Source: Mobula hypostoma (lineage: Eukaryota). Taken from it: a stretch of DNA of 64,000 nucleotides. The stretch spans positions 180,546,001 through 180,610,000 of the forward strand of contig NC_086097.1 of NCBI RefSeq assembly GCF_963921235.1. The letters are read 5' to 3'. A model generated the notes under the pieces. The model saw only the letters and a program-made list of their open reading frames with translations, was not told where the DNA came from and ran no database searches. The position numbers and the translations under genes are program-made. Positions 49,501-61,299 of this stretch are shown here, one piece after another (position 1 is the first letter of the stretch; each line of letters opens with the position of its first letter).

Positions 49501-52500
49501 GGATTGGGGTTTAGGAATGTGGGGAGGTGGAGAGAGGGGTTTATGAGTGTGGGAAGGGGACAGAAAGGGTTAGGAGTGTGTGGAGGTGACAGAGGGGGTT
49601 AGGAATGTGGGGAGGGGACAGAGAGGGTTAGGAATGTGGGGAGGGGACAGAGGGGGTTAGGAGTGAGGGAGGGGACAGAAGGGGTTAGGAATGTGGGGAG
49701 GGGACAGAGGGGTTTAGGAGTGTGTGGAGGTGACAGAGGGTGTTAGGAGTGGGGGGAGGTGACAGAGGGGGTTGGGAGTGAGGGAGGGGACGGAGGGGAT
49801 TAGGAGTGTGGGAATTGGACACAGGGGGTTAGGAGTGTGGGGAGGTGACGGGGGGGTTAGGAATGTGGGAATTGGACAGAAGGGGTTAGGAGTGAGGGCG
49901 AGGACAGAGGGGGTTAGGAGTGAGGGAGGGGACAGAAGGGATAGGAATGTGGGGAGGGGACAGGGGGGTTAGGAGTGTGGGGAGGTGACAGAGAGGGTTA
50001 GGAGTGTGGGGAGGTGACAGAGGGTGTTAGGAGTATGGGGAGGTGACAGAGGGGGTTAGGAGTGAGGGAGGGGAAAGAAGGGGTTAGGAATGTGGGGAGG
50101 GGACAAAGGGGGTTAGGAGTGTGGGGAGGTGACAGAGGGTGTTAGGAGTGGGGGGAGGTGACAGAGGGGGTTGGGAGTGAGGGAGGGGATGGAGGGGATT
50201 AGGAGTGTGGGAATTGGACACAGGGGGTTAGGAGTGTGGGGAGGTGATGGGGGGGTTAGGAATGTGGGAATTGGACAGAAGGGGTTAGGAGTGAGGGCGG
50301 GGACAGAGGGGGTTAGGAGTGAGGGAGTGGACAGAAGGGGTTAGGAATGTGGGGAGGGGACAGGGGGGTTAGGAGTGTGGGGAGGTGACAGAGGGTGTTA
50401 GGAGTGTGGGGAGGTGACAGAGGGGGTTAGGAGTGAGGGAGGGGACAGAAGGGGTTAGGAATGTGGGGAGGGGACAGGGGGGTTAGGAGTGTGGGGAGGT
50501 GACAGAGAGGGTTAGGAGTGTGGGGAGGTGACAGAGGGTGTTAGGAGTATGGGGAGGTGACAGAGGGGGTTAGGAGTGAGGGAGGGGACAGAACGGGTTA
50601 GGAATGTGGGGAGGGGACAGATGGGGTTAGGAGTGTGGGGAGGTGACAGAGGGTGTTAGGAGTGTGGGGAGGTGACAGAGGGGGTTGGGAGTGAGGGAGT
50701 GGACAGAAGGGGTTAGGAATGTGGGGAGGGGACAGGGGGTTAGGAGTGTGGGGAGGTGCACATAGGAGTGTGGGGAGGGGACAGAGGGGGTTAGGAGTGA
50801 GGGAGGAGACAGAGGGGGTTAGGAGTGGGCGAGGGGACAGCAGGGGTTAGGAATATGGGGAGGGGACAGGGGGGTTAGGAGTGTGGGGAAGGGTTGGGGG
50901 TTTAGGAATGAGGGGAGGTGGAGAGATGGGGTTAGGAGTGTGGGAAGGGGACAGATGGGGTTAGGAGTGTGGGGAGGTGACAGAGAGGGTTAGGAGTGAG
51001 GGAGGTGACAGAGGGGGTTAGGAGTGTGGGGAGGTGGACAGAGGGGGTTAGGAGTGTGGGGAGGTGGACATAGGGGGTTGGGAGTGAGGGAATTGGACAG
51101 AGGGGTTAGGAGAGAGGGAAGCGGACAGAGGGGGTTAGGAGTGTGGGAACGGACAGAGTGGGTTAGGAATGTGGTTATTGGATAGAGGGCGTTAGGAATG
51201 TGGGAATTGGACAGAGGGGGTTAGGAGTGTGGGGAGGTGGGCAGAGGGGATTAGGAGTGTGGGGAAGGGACAGAGGGGGTTAGGAGTGAGGGAGTGGACA
51301 GAAGGGGTTAGGAGTGTGGGGAGGGGAAAAAAGGGGTTAGGAGTGTGGGCAGGGGACAGGAGGGGTTTGGAGTGAGGGAGGGGACAGAGGGTGTTACGAG
51401 TAGGGGGAGGTGATAGAGGGGGTTAGGAGTGAGGGAGGGAACAGAGGGGGTTAGGCGTGTGGGGAGGGGACAGAGAGGGTTTGGAGTGTGGGGAGAGGAC
51501 AGAGTGGGTTAGGAGTGAGGTAAGGGGACAGAGGGGGTTAGGAGTGTGTGGAGGGGACAGAGATGGTTTGGAGTGTGGGGAGAGGACAGAGGGGGTTAAT
51601 AGTGAGGGAAGAGGACAGAGGGGTTTAGGAGTTAGGGGAGAGGACAGAGGGGGTTTGGAGTGAGGGGAGAGGACAGAAGGGCTTAAGAGTGAGGGGAGGA
51701 GACAGAGGGGGTTAGGAGTGTGTGAAGGGGGCAAAAGGGGTTAGGAGTCTGGGAAGGGGGCAGAAGGGGTTAGGTGTGAGGGAGGGGACAGAGGGTATTA
51801 GGACTGAGGGAGGGGACAGAGGGGGGTTAGGAGTGAGGGAATTGAACAGAGGGGGTTAGGAGTGAGGGAATTAGACAGAGGGGGTTAGGAGTGAGGGATG
51901 GGGACAGAGGGGGTTAGGAGTGAGTGAGGGGACAGGGGGGTTAGGAATGTGGGGTGGGGACAGGGGGGTTAGGAGTGTGGGGAAGGGATGGGGGTTTAGA
52001 AATGTAGGGAGGTGGAGAGAGGGAGTTAGGAGTGTGGGGAGAGGACAGAGGGGGTTAGGAGTGAGGGGAGGGGACAGAGGGGGTTAGGAGTGAGGGAATT
52101 GGACAGAGGGGGTTAGGAGTATGGGGAGGGGACAGAGGGTGTTAGGAGTGTGGGAAGGGGGCAGAAGGGGTTAGGTGTGAGGGAGGGGACAGAGGGTATT
52201 AGGACTGAGGGAGAGGATAGAGGGGGTTAGGAGTGAGGGAAGTGGACAGAGGGGGTTAGGAGAGAGCAAAGTGGACAGAGGGGGTTAGGAGTGTGGGGAG
52301 GTGACAGAGGGGGTTAGGAATGTGGGAAGGGGACAGAGGGGGTTAGGAGTGTGGGGAGGGGACAGAGGGGGTTAGGAGTGTGGGGAGGGGACAGACAAGG
52401 TTAATAGTGAGGGAAGAGGACAGAGGGGTTTAGGAGTGTGGGGAGGGGATAGGGGTTAGGAGTGTGGGGAGGGGATAGAGGGGGTTAGGAGTGTAGGGAG

Positions 52501-55090
52501 GTGACAGAGGGGGTTAGGAATGTGAGGAGGGGATTGAGGGGGTGAGGAGTGAGGGAGGGGACAGAAGGGGTTAGGAATGTGGGGTGGGGACAGAGGGAGT
52601 TACGACTGCGGGGAGGTGTTAGAGGGGGTTGGGAGTGAGGGAGGGGACGGAGGGGGTTAGGAATGTGGGAACGGACAGAGTGGGTTAGGAATGTGGTTAT
52701 TGGACAGAGGGGGTTAGGAGTGTGGGAAGGTGGACAGAGGGGGTTAGGAGTGTGGGGAGGGGACAGAGAGGGTTAGGAGTGAGTGAGGGGACAGAGGGGG
52801 TTAGGAGTGAGTGATGGGACGGGGGTTAGGAATCTGGGGAGGGGACAGGGGGTTAGGAGTGTGGGGAAGGGTTGGGGGTTTAGGAATGTGGAGAGGTGGA
52901 GAGAGGGGGTTAGGAGTGTGGGAAGGGGACAGAGGGGGTTAGGAGTGAGGGAGGGGACAGAAGGGGTTAGGTGTGTGGGGGGGACAGAAGGGGTTTGGAG
53001 TGAGGGAGGGGACAGAGGGGGTTAGGAGTGTGGGGAGGGGACGCAGGGGGTTAGGAGTATGGGGAGGTGACAGAGGGGGATGGAGTGAGGGAGGGAACAG
53101 AAGGGGTTAGGAGTGAGGGACAGGACAGAGGGGGTTAGGAGTGTGGGGAAGGGATGGGGTTTTAGGAATATGGGGAGGTGGAGAGAGGGGTTTGGAGTGA
53201 GGGGAGGGGACAGAGGGTGTTAGGAGTGAGGGAAGTGGACAGAGGGGGTTAGGCATGTGGGGAGGGGACAGAGAGGGTTTGGAGTGTGGGGAGAGGACAG
53301 CGGGGGTTAGGAGTGAGGGAAGGGAACAGAGGGGGTTAGGAATGTGGGAATTGGACAAAGAGGGTTTGGAGTGTGGGGAGGTGGACAGAGGGGTTTAGGA
53401 GTGAGGGAGGGGACAGAGGGGCTTAGGAGTGAGGGAGGGGACAGAAGGGGTTAGGAATGTGGGAGGGGACAGAGGGGGTTACGAGTGTGGGGAGGTGACA
53501 GAGGGGGTTGGGAGTGAGGGAGGGGACGGAGGGGGTTAGGAGTGTGGGACTTGGACAGAGGGGGTTAGGAGTGAGGGAAGTGGACAGAGGGGGTTAGGCA
53601 TGTGGGGAGGGGACAGAGAGGGTTTGGAGTGTGGGGAGAGGACAGCGGGGGTTAGGAGTGAGGGAAGGGAACAGAGGGGGTTAGGAATGTGGGAATTGGA
53701 CAAAGAGGGTTTGGAGTGTGGGGAGGTGGACAGAGGGGTTTAGGAGTGAGGGAGGGGACAGAGGGGCTTAGGAGTGAGGGAGGGGACAGAAGGGGTTAGG
53801 AATGTGGGAGGGGACAGAGGGGGTTACGAGTGTGGGGAGTTGACAGAGGGGGTTGGGAGTGAGGGAGGGGACGGAGGGGGTTAGGAGTCTGTGAATTGGA
53901 CGGAGGGGGTTCGGAGTGTGGGAACGGACAGAGTTGGTTAGGAATGTGGTTATTAGACAGAGGGGGTTAGGAGTGTGGGGAGGTGGACAGAGGGGTTTAG
54001 GAGTGTGGGGAGGGGACAGAGGGGGTTAGGGGTGAGGGAGGGGACAGAGGGGGTTAGGAATGTGGGAATTGGACAAAGAGGGTTTGGAGTGTGGGGAGGT
54101 GGACAGAGGGGTTTAGGAGTGAGGGAGGGGACAGAGGGGCTTAGGAGTGAGGGAGGGGACAGAAGGGGTTAGGAATGTGGGAGGGGACAGAGGGGGTTAC
54201 GAGTGTGGGGAGTTGACAGAGGGGGTTGGGAGTGAGGGAGGGGACGGAGGGGGTTAGGAGTGTGGGAATTGGACAGAGGGGGTTAGGAGTGTGGGGAGGT
54301 GGACAGAGGGGGTTAGGAGTGGGGGGAGGTGGACATAGGAGTGTGAGAAGGGGACAGAGGGTGTTAGGAGTGTGGGGAGGTGACAGAGGGGGTTGGGAGT
54401 GAGGGATGGGACGGAGGGGGTTAGGAGTCTGTGAATTGGACGGAGGGGGTTCGGAGTGTGGGAACGGACAGAGTTGGTTAGGAATGTGGTTATTAGACAG
54501 AGGGGGTTAGGAGTGTGGGGAGGTGGACAGAGGGGTTTAGGAGTGTGGGGAGGGGACAGAGGGGGTTAGGGGTGAGGGAGGGGACAGAGGGGGTTAGGAG
54601 TGAGTGATGGGATGGGGGTTAGGGTTTAGGAATGTTGGGAGGTGGAGAGAGCGGTTTAGGAGTGTGCGAAGGGGACAGATGGGGTTTGGAGTGAGGGAGG
54701 GGACAGAGGGGGTTAGGAGTGAGTGAGGGGACAGGGGGGTTAGGAATGTGGGGAGGGTACAGGGGGTTAGGAGTGTAAGGAAGGGATGGGGGTTTAGGAA
54801 TGTGGGGAGATGGAGAGGGGGTTTGGAGTGAGGGGAGGGGACAGAAGGTGTTAGGAGTGAGGGAAGTGGACAGAGGGGGTTAGGCGTGTGGGGAGGGGAC
54901 AGAGAGGGTTTGGAGTGTGGGGAGAGGACAGAGGGGGTTAATAGTGAGGAAAGAGGACAGAGGGGGTTAGTTGTGAGGGGAGGGGACAGAGGGGGTTAGG
55001 AGTGAGGGGAGAGGACAGAGGGATTTAGGAGTGAGGGAAGGGGACAGAGGGGGTTAGGAGTGAGGGAATTGGACAGAGGGGGTTAGGAGT
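22575..55090 (+). repeat. Giant intronic G-rich minisatellite/satellite, unit ~28-30 bp, consensus GGGGGTTAGGAGTGTGGGGAGGGGACAGA
   Basis: Continuous tandem variants over ~32.5 kb (on the order of 1,100 units by length/unit); no interrupting mobile elements seen. Confidence 0.98.
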
Positions 55091-55330
55091 ATGGGGAGGG
55101 GAAGCAGAGTGTTGGAGAGTGGGGAGGGGACAGGGAGGGTTGGAGAGTGGGGAGGGGAAGCGGAGTGTTGGAGAGTGGGGAGGGGACGGGCAGGGTTGGA
55201 GAGTGGGGAGGGGACGGGCAGGGTTGGAGAGTGGGGAGGGACGGGGAGTGTTGGAGAGTGGGGAGGGGACGAGGAGGGTTGGAGAGTGGGGAGGGGACGA
55301 GGAGGGTTGGAGAGTGGGGAGGGAATGGGG
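55091..55330 (+). repeat. Terminal variant sub-array, unit ~28-29 bp GGGTTGGAGAGTGGGGAGGGGAC...
   Basis: About 8 copies in which TTAGGAGTGT is replaced by TTGGAGAGT. Confidence 0.85.
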
Positions 55331-55541
55331 AGCATTGGAATTTGGGGAGAAGGCAGGAATGGCTAGCTGTGTGGGTATTTGTAGATGGGTAGTTGCTTAG
55401 TTGCGTGTGCGGTGGGGTAGGATGGATATAGAACTGACGGCGAATGATTACATGCTGGGGAACGATCTGGAGGCAGCCAGGAATCTGAGAGGTGGATGGT
55501 CAGCACCGAATCATACACAGCAAACAAGATTGGTCCCCTAC

Positions 55542-55669
55542 CCGCTGCTCTTGGGTGGAGACGAAGGTCTGGAAGCCTGGTGCTACCCCGAAGCCAAGTT
55601 CATGGATGTAGGGAGGCTCATCCTGCGTGTGGATCTGGATCTTCAGGCCAGCCTCGAAGGACGTTTCCT
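55542..55669 (-). CDS. asic1c: ASIC exon (128 nt)
   Basis: cggtttcccag|AG...CGG|gtaggg; (E)[42 protein letters not shown]. Confidence 0.97.
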
Positions 55670-56259
55670 CTGGGAAACCGAGCAGCCGATGGATATTGGA
55701 GGGAGGGTGGGGGACAGAGGCATTGATCAGCAGAAAGATTTACTCGCCTGACAACTGCAGCCCTCCATCTCCCAAGACAGCACGTCCCACAATAATATTC
55801 CACCACCAGCTCTGGTAAACACCACCAATCGTTGGCTTGGACATTTTGGGTGGGGACAGCATTTAGCCCTGGTCTACAATGGCAGCATTTATTAACCACC
55901 CACAAGGACAACATTTGTTCCCCATCCCTCTCTGTCCTTGATGACCCTCTGACCATTCATGGGAGACACTCATCACCCACTCTGGGCAAGGAAGGGTTTT
56001 CACCATCATTTGGCAATTCATGACCTTTGTTACCAAGACCAGAGTTTGATTTATCACAGGAACCAAATTTAACCACGGCAGCTGTGGTGGAACCAAACCC
56101 CCCAAACAGGAACACCATGGAAACCCCATTATCAGAGGGACGACAGCCACTGGAGGAGCCACCACCTCAGGACAGTGGAGGAATAGCCAATAAATGCTGG
56201 TCTTACTTGTAAGATCCCCAAATGATATAAACTTTCCCAGGATTCGCCCACCATTCAGT

Positions 56260-56960
56260 CTTGCTCCTTCCCTCTCCCATCCATCCCCCATTACCCTCAC
56301 CCTTCCATCCTCCCAGCTCCCTCCATCCTCACCTCTCTTCTCCCTGTCCATCCCCCATCTTACCTTCCCCATTCCCCACCTCCCTCGCTCACTTGCCCTC
56401 TCATCTATTCCCCACCTCCCTCATCCCTCCCCCCACCCTCCACCACTCCCTTAACCCACTCATCCGCCCTGCCTCCCAATCTTCACATCCTCTCTCCACC
56501 ATCCCCCATTTCCTCCTTTCTCTCTGGCCTCTCCCTCACACCTCCATCCCCACCCCTTCCTCATCTCCTTCTCAGCCACATCCACATTACCTTCTCCCCT
56601 CACTCAGCTCCCCCCTCTGCCCCCAATCTACCTCACCCCTCCCCAATCTCTTTCATTCCCAAATACCTCAAACCTTCCTCACCTCCCCATTCTTCCTCAA
56701 CCCTCTCTCATCTTCTCCCTCCATTACCTCCTCCATCCCCTCCCACACTACCCTTTCCCTCAATCCTCCCCATCTTCTACCACCTTACCCCTTTCCCCAT
56801 CTCCATCCCCTCTTTCTTCCATTCCTCCACAGCCCTCTCTCCTCATTCTCTCCCTCCAATCCCCTCTCCCCACCCGCTCCCCTACTCTGCCCTCCTCCCC
56901 ACCTCTTCCAGTTTACCCGACCCTCCCACCTCCTTCCCTTCCTCTGTCTCCTCCCTCTGA
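56260..56960. repeat. Low-complexity C/T-rich tract (G/A-rich on the ASIC sense strand)
   Basis: Very few G over ~700 bp; the P/S/L-rich ORF there is a compositional artefact. Confidence 0.85.
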
Positions 56961-56974
56961 CCCTGTGCACCTAC

Positions 56975-57125
56975 CGGTCTTGTCCCACACGGGCAGGTAT
57001 TCGTCCTGCTGGATGTCCAGCATCAGCTCTAGGCCATTGCCGGTGCCGCCCTTCATCGTGGTGAGGAGAGGATAACCCTCCTTCCCTGAGTTAAAGGTGT
57101 AGCACTTCCCGTACCGAGTGAAAAT
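56975..57125 (-). CDS. asic1c: ASIC exon (151 nt; first common exon after the TM1 exon)
   Basis: tgtgtctgcag|ATT...G|gtaggt; [50 protein letters not shown]. Confidence 0.97.
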
Positions 57126-57384
57126 CTGCAGACACAGTGGCAGGGAGTTGGGCTGTTAAACCAGCTCAGGAGCCTGCCTCTCCCGCAGCACGCTCCCCTT
57201 CCCACCAGTCCCATCAACAGACGGAACACAGGCTCCTTCTGAGGACGTCTCTGCCTCCGTGCCCTGGGATCTGCCCCTGCCCCCTGTATTAGAGCTGAGG
57301 GTCACGGGGGGGGGGGGGGGGGAAGGGTGGTGTGGGAGGGTCACATCTCAATCCAGAGACCAGCACATAAAACTCAGGCTGCAA

Positions 57385-57745
57385 CAAGCAGTGTGCTGGA
57401 GTAACTCAGTGGATGGAGGGAGAGGAAAAGTTGACGTTTCAGGGTTGCATCAGGACGAAAACAGGAGAGAGGAAAGGGGAAAGGATGAGACAGGGATCCA
57501 AGCTGACTGGTGGTCTGAGGAGCAGTAGAAGATAAGGAACAATTGTCTCAGAAAGGTGGGGGGAGAGGCTTCGAGTCAACCCTCCTCCTCCTCATACTGA
57601 TCATCGCCCATCTCAGCCTTGACACTGGGTTTAGATCCAAACCTGACAAATCCTTTACCCCACAGATGCTGCTCAACCCGCTGTTCCTCCAGCAGATTAT
57701 GTGTTGCACCAGACTCCAGCATGCGCAACCTCTTGTGTGTCTCCA
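57385..57745. mobile_element. Penelope/MER6-like remnant with inverted ends
   Basis: TGCTGGAGTAACTCAG ... CTGTTCCTCCAGCAGA...AGACTCCAGCAT. Confidence 0.45.
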
Positions 57746-58261
57746 TAAACCCGATGTCACAGAGCCGGAGGGACTGTTCTGATGGGGGAGAGGAGACGAT
57801 GCACCATATATAACAGCATGTGTGAGTGCTGTTGCCTGTTTGAGTATCTGAATGTTATGGCCGCACTTCAGCCCTACACTCCTAATTTACAATCACCCAG
57901 TTCTGTGGTGGGAGGGTGCAGGTCACTTGGGGGGAAACATGGTCTGCTTACACCTGGCCTGGTCAAGAAGGCCATTCCTAGATCCGGGCAACGGGAACTC
58001 TGCCCAAGCCAGCTGCCTGCTCCTCTTCCAGGGCTACGTTCATGCCAGGTGTCCTTGCAGAGTGAGCATATGATCACAGAAACATAGAAAACAAACAGCA
58101 CTGTATCATCATGGGTACAGTGGGGGATTACCCTGCCACACCCCAAGGGAATTGAGTGTTTTGTGGATTTTAGTAACTATATTTTAATTTGAAATCATTA
58201 GCAGTATTGTAAACCCAACTTTTGTTTGTGTCTGAATAAACTTTTGTATGTTTGTAAAAAG

Positions 58262-60030
58262 TGATACTGAGAGAGAATCACACCGTGGGAGGGACAGTAC
58301 TGAGGGAGCAACACTGTGGGAGGGTCAGTACTGAGGGAGTAACACTGTGGGGGCAGTACTGAGGGAGCAACACTGTGGGAGGGACAGTACTGAGGGAGCA
58401 GCACTGTGGGAATTACAGTCCAGAGGGAGTAACACTGTGGGAGGGACAGTACTGAGGGAGCAGCACTGTGGGAGCTACAGTCCAGAGGGAGTAACACTGT
58501 GGGAGGGTCAGTACTGAGGGAGTAACACTGTGGGAGGGACAGTACTGAGGGAGCAGCACTGTGGGAGGGACAGTACTGAGGGAGCAGCACTGTGGGAGGG
58601 ACAGTACTGAGGGAGCAGCACTGTGTGAATTACAGTCCAGAGGGAGTAACACTGTGGGGGCAGTACTGAGGGAGCAACACTGTGGGATGGGCAGTATTGA
58701 GGGAGCAGCACTGTGGGAGGGACAGTACTGAGGGAGCAGCACTGTGGGAGGGACAGTACTGAGGGAGCAGCACTGAGGGAGCTACAGTCCAGAGGGAGTA
58801 ACACTGTGGGAGGGTCAGTACTGAGTGAGCAACACTGTGGGATGGGCAGTATTGAGGGAGCAGCACTGTGGGAGGGACAGTACTGAGGGAGCAGCACTGT
58901 GTGAATTACAGTCCAGAGGGAGTAACACTGTGGGGGCAGTACTGAGGGAGCAACACTGTGGGATGGGCAGTATTGAGGGAGCAGCACTGTGGGAGGGACA
59001 GTACTGAGGGAGCAGCACTGTGGGAGGGACAGTACTGAGGGAGCAGCACTGTGGGAGCTACAGTCCAGAGGGAGTAACACTGTGGGAGGGTCAGTACTGA
59101 GGGAGTAACACTGTGGGAGGGACAGTACTGAGGGAGCAGCACTGTGGGAGGGACAGTACTGAGGGAGGAACACTGTGGGAGGGACAGTACTGAGGGAGCA
59201 GCACTGTGGGAGGGACAGTACTGAGGGAGGAACACTGTGGGAGGGACAGTACTGAGGGAGCAGCACTGTGGGAGGGACAGTACTGAGGGAGCAGCACTGT
59301 GGGAGGGACAGTACTGAGGGAGCAGCACTGTGTGAATTACAGTCCAGAGGGAGTAACACTGTGGGGGCAGTACTGAGGGAGCAACACTGTGGGATGGGCA
59401 GTATTGAGGGAGCAGCACTGTGGGAGGGACAGTACTGAGGGAGCAGCACTGTGTGAATTACAGTCCAGAGGGAGTAACACTGTGGGGGCAGTACTGAGGG
59501 AGCAACACTGTGGGATGGGCAGTATTGAGGGAGCAGCACTGTGGGAGGGACAGTACCGAGAGAGGAACACTGTGTGAATTACAGTCCAGAGGGAGTAACA
59601 CTGTGGGGGCAGTACTGAGGGAGCAACACTGTGGGATGGGCAGTATTGAGGGAGCAGCACTGTGGGAGGGACAGTACTGAGAGAGGAACACTGTGGGAAT
59701 TACAGTCCAGAGGGAGTAACACTGTGGGGACAGTACTGAGGGAGTAACACTGTGGGAGGGTCAGTACTGAGGGAGTAACACTGTGGGAGGGACAGTACTG
59801 AGGGAGCAGCACTGTGGGAGGGACAGTACTGAGGGAGGAACACTGTGGGAGGGACAGTACTGAGGGAGCAGCACTGTGTGAATTACAGTCCAGAGGGAGT
59901 AACACTGTGGGGACAGTACTGAGGGAGGAACACTGTGGGAGGGACAGTACTGAGGGAGCAGCACTGTAGGAGTGACAGTACTGAGGGAGCAACACTGTGG
60001 GAGGGCAGTATTGAGGGAGGGTAACATTGT
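58262..60030 (+). repeat. 31 bp minisatellite CACTGTGGGAGGGACAGTACTGAGGGAGCAG with a 121 bp higher-order unit
   Basis: Clear tandem periodicity. The four-monomer block (31+28+31+31) repeats, matching ORF-track starts 59337/59458/59579 spaced 121 bp apart. Confidence 0.97.
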
Positions 60031-60464
60031 GAATGCAGTGATTTCAACCTATCCATCAGTCACTCTCCAGTGGTTCCTGCTGAGCACTATTTACATTCCC
60101 AGGAAGTCTTATTCTGATCTTTCATCAAACAGCTGAATTCAATCCCTTCTTTCTGCATCAAATTTCACTGAATAGATTGCGTAAATAGCAAGTACTTGCT
60201 TTTGTTAACGATCTTTCAGGCATTTAACCTGGTCAGCAGCAAACTGATCTGTTAATGGAGTCATCGATGAGTGCAGTGGGGGGATGTGGTTACACCCAGT
60301 GCCTGTTTGTTGAATTAACCATTTCATTACAAGTTACTGTGTGCTGAGGTAAAAGTATGCTGGGCTCTAATCCCCTCGCCTCACATCTCCTGCATCTTTC
60401 GAGAGGGTGAACCCTTGCAAGGCGCCTGGCGCCAATGAGACGTGCCTTAATGATGATGCCTCAC

Positions 60465-60780
60465 CATTGAAGACGTCTTCAAAAGGCAATGCTTCAAGAA
60501 GGCAGCATTCATTATGAAGGCCTCTCGCCATTTGGGACATGTCCTCTTCAGGAGTTACAGGAGCCTGAAACTTACTCAGTGTTTTAGGAACAGCCTCTTC
60601 CCCTCTGCCATCAGGCTTGTGAACAGTCCATGAACCCATGAACACTATATCATTATTTTGCTCTTATTGCACTTTTTCGTTTATTCCTTTTGTAATTTAT
60701 AATAATGTTAATGTCTTGCATTGTACTGCTGCTGCAAAACAAATTTCTAAACATAAGTCAGTGATAAACCTGATTCTGCT
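60465..60780 (+). mobile_element. Rex1-like LINE 3' end
   Basis: CAAGAAGGCAGCATTCATTATGAAGG...AGGAACAGCCTCTTCCCCTCTGCCATCAG and tail GTCAGTGATAAACCTGATTCTG. Confidence 0.65.
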
Positions 60781-61299
60781 TCTCCACCAATCTGAAAACC
60801 ATTTCCCTCTGAACCAATTTCCACTGTTGCAGCTTCCCCCTTCAGGATGGGGCCAGATCACAGCCCCTTTCCTCTCCACCACTGGCTGACAGCCATTCCC
60901 CTTCAGACTCTCTGCCATTCCCTTCAGCTGAGCCCGAGTTCTGGAATTCCCTCCCTCAAGTTCCATCTTTTCCTCAGTACGGGTCACTGAAATTAAAAGA
61001 GGTCAGGCAGCAGCTGAGAGTCTATATTCCCAGAGAAAGCCCATCAACTCGAAGCAAAACTTTTGTTCCTCTCTCCTTAGGCGCTGCCTGACCTACAACA
61101 CAGAACACAGAACAGTACAGCACAGTAAAAGCACACCACAGATATGCAAGGGGAATGGACACAGTAAATGGCAGGACCCTTAATAGCACTGATTTACAGA
61201 GGGTTTTAAGGTTCAAGTCCACAGCTCCAGGAAAACGGCAACACATGTAGATAGGGTTCAAAGTAAATTTATTATCAAAGTGTAGTATGTGTGTGTGTG

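Noticed and set aside
22575..55090. True interstitial telomere
   Set aside because: No tandem (TTAGGG)n; the motif is TTAGGA embedded once in each ~29 bp unit.
22813..55400. Dozens of Gly/Arg/Trp- or Pro-rich ORFs
   Set aside because: Artefacts of the G-rich satellite; no real protein motifs or splice support.
56261..57064. 267 aa plus-strand ORF (also 11272-11868)
   Set aside because: Low-complexity pyrimidine tract antisense to real ASIC exons.
58198..60027. Long Cys/Pro-rich ORFs (up to 343 aa) and a possible CRISPR-like array
   Set aside because: These are translations of a stop-poor 31 bp tandem repeat. There are no unique spacers and no cas genes, and the context is eukaryotic.
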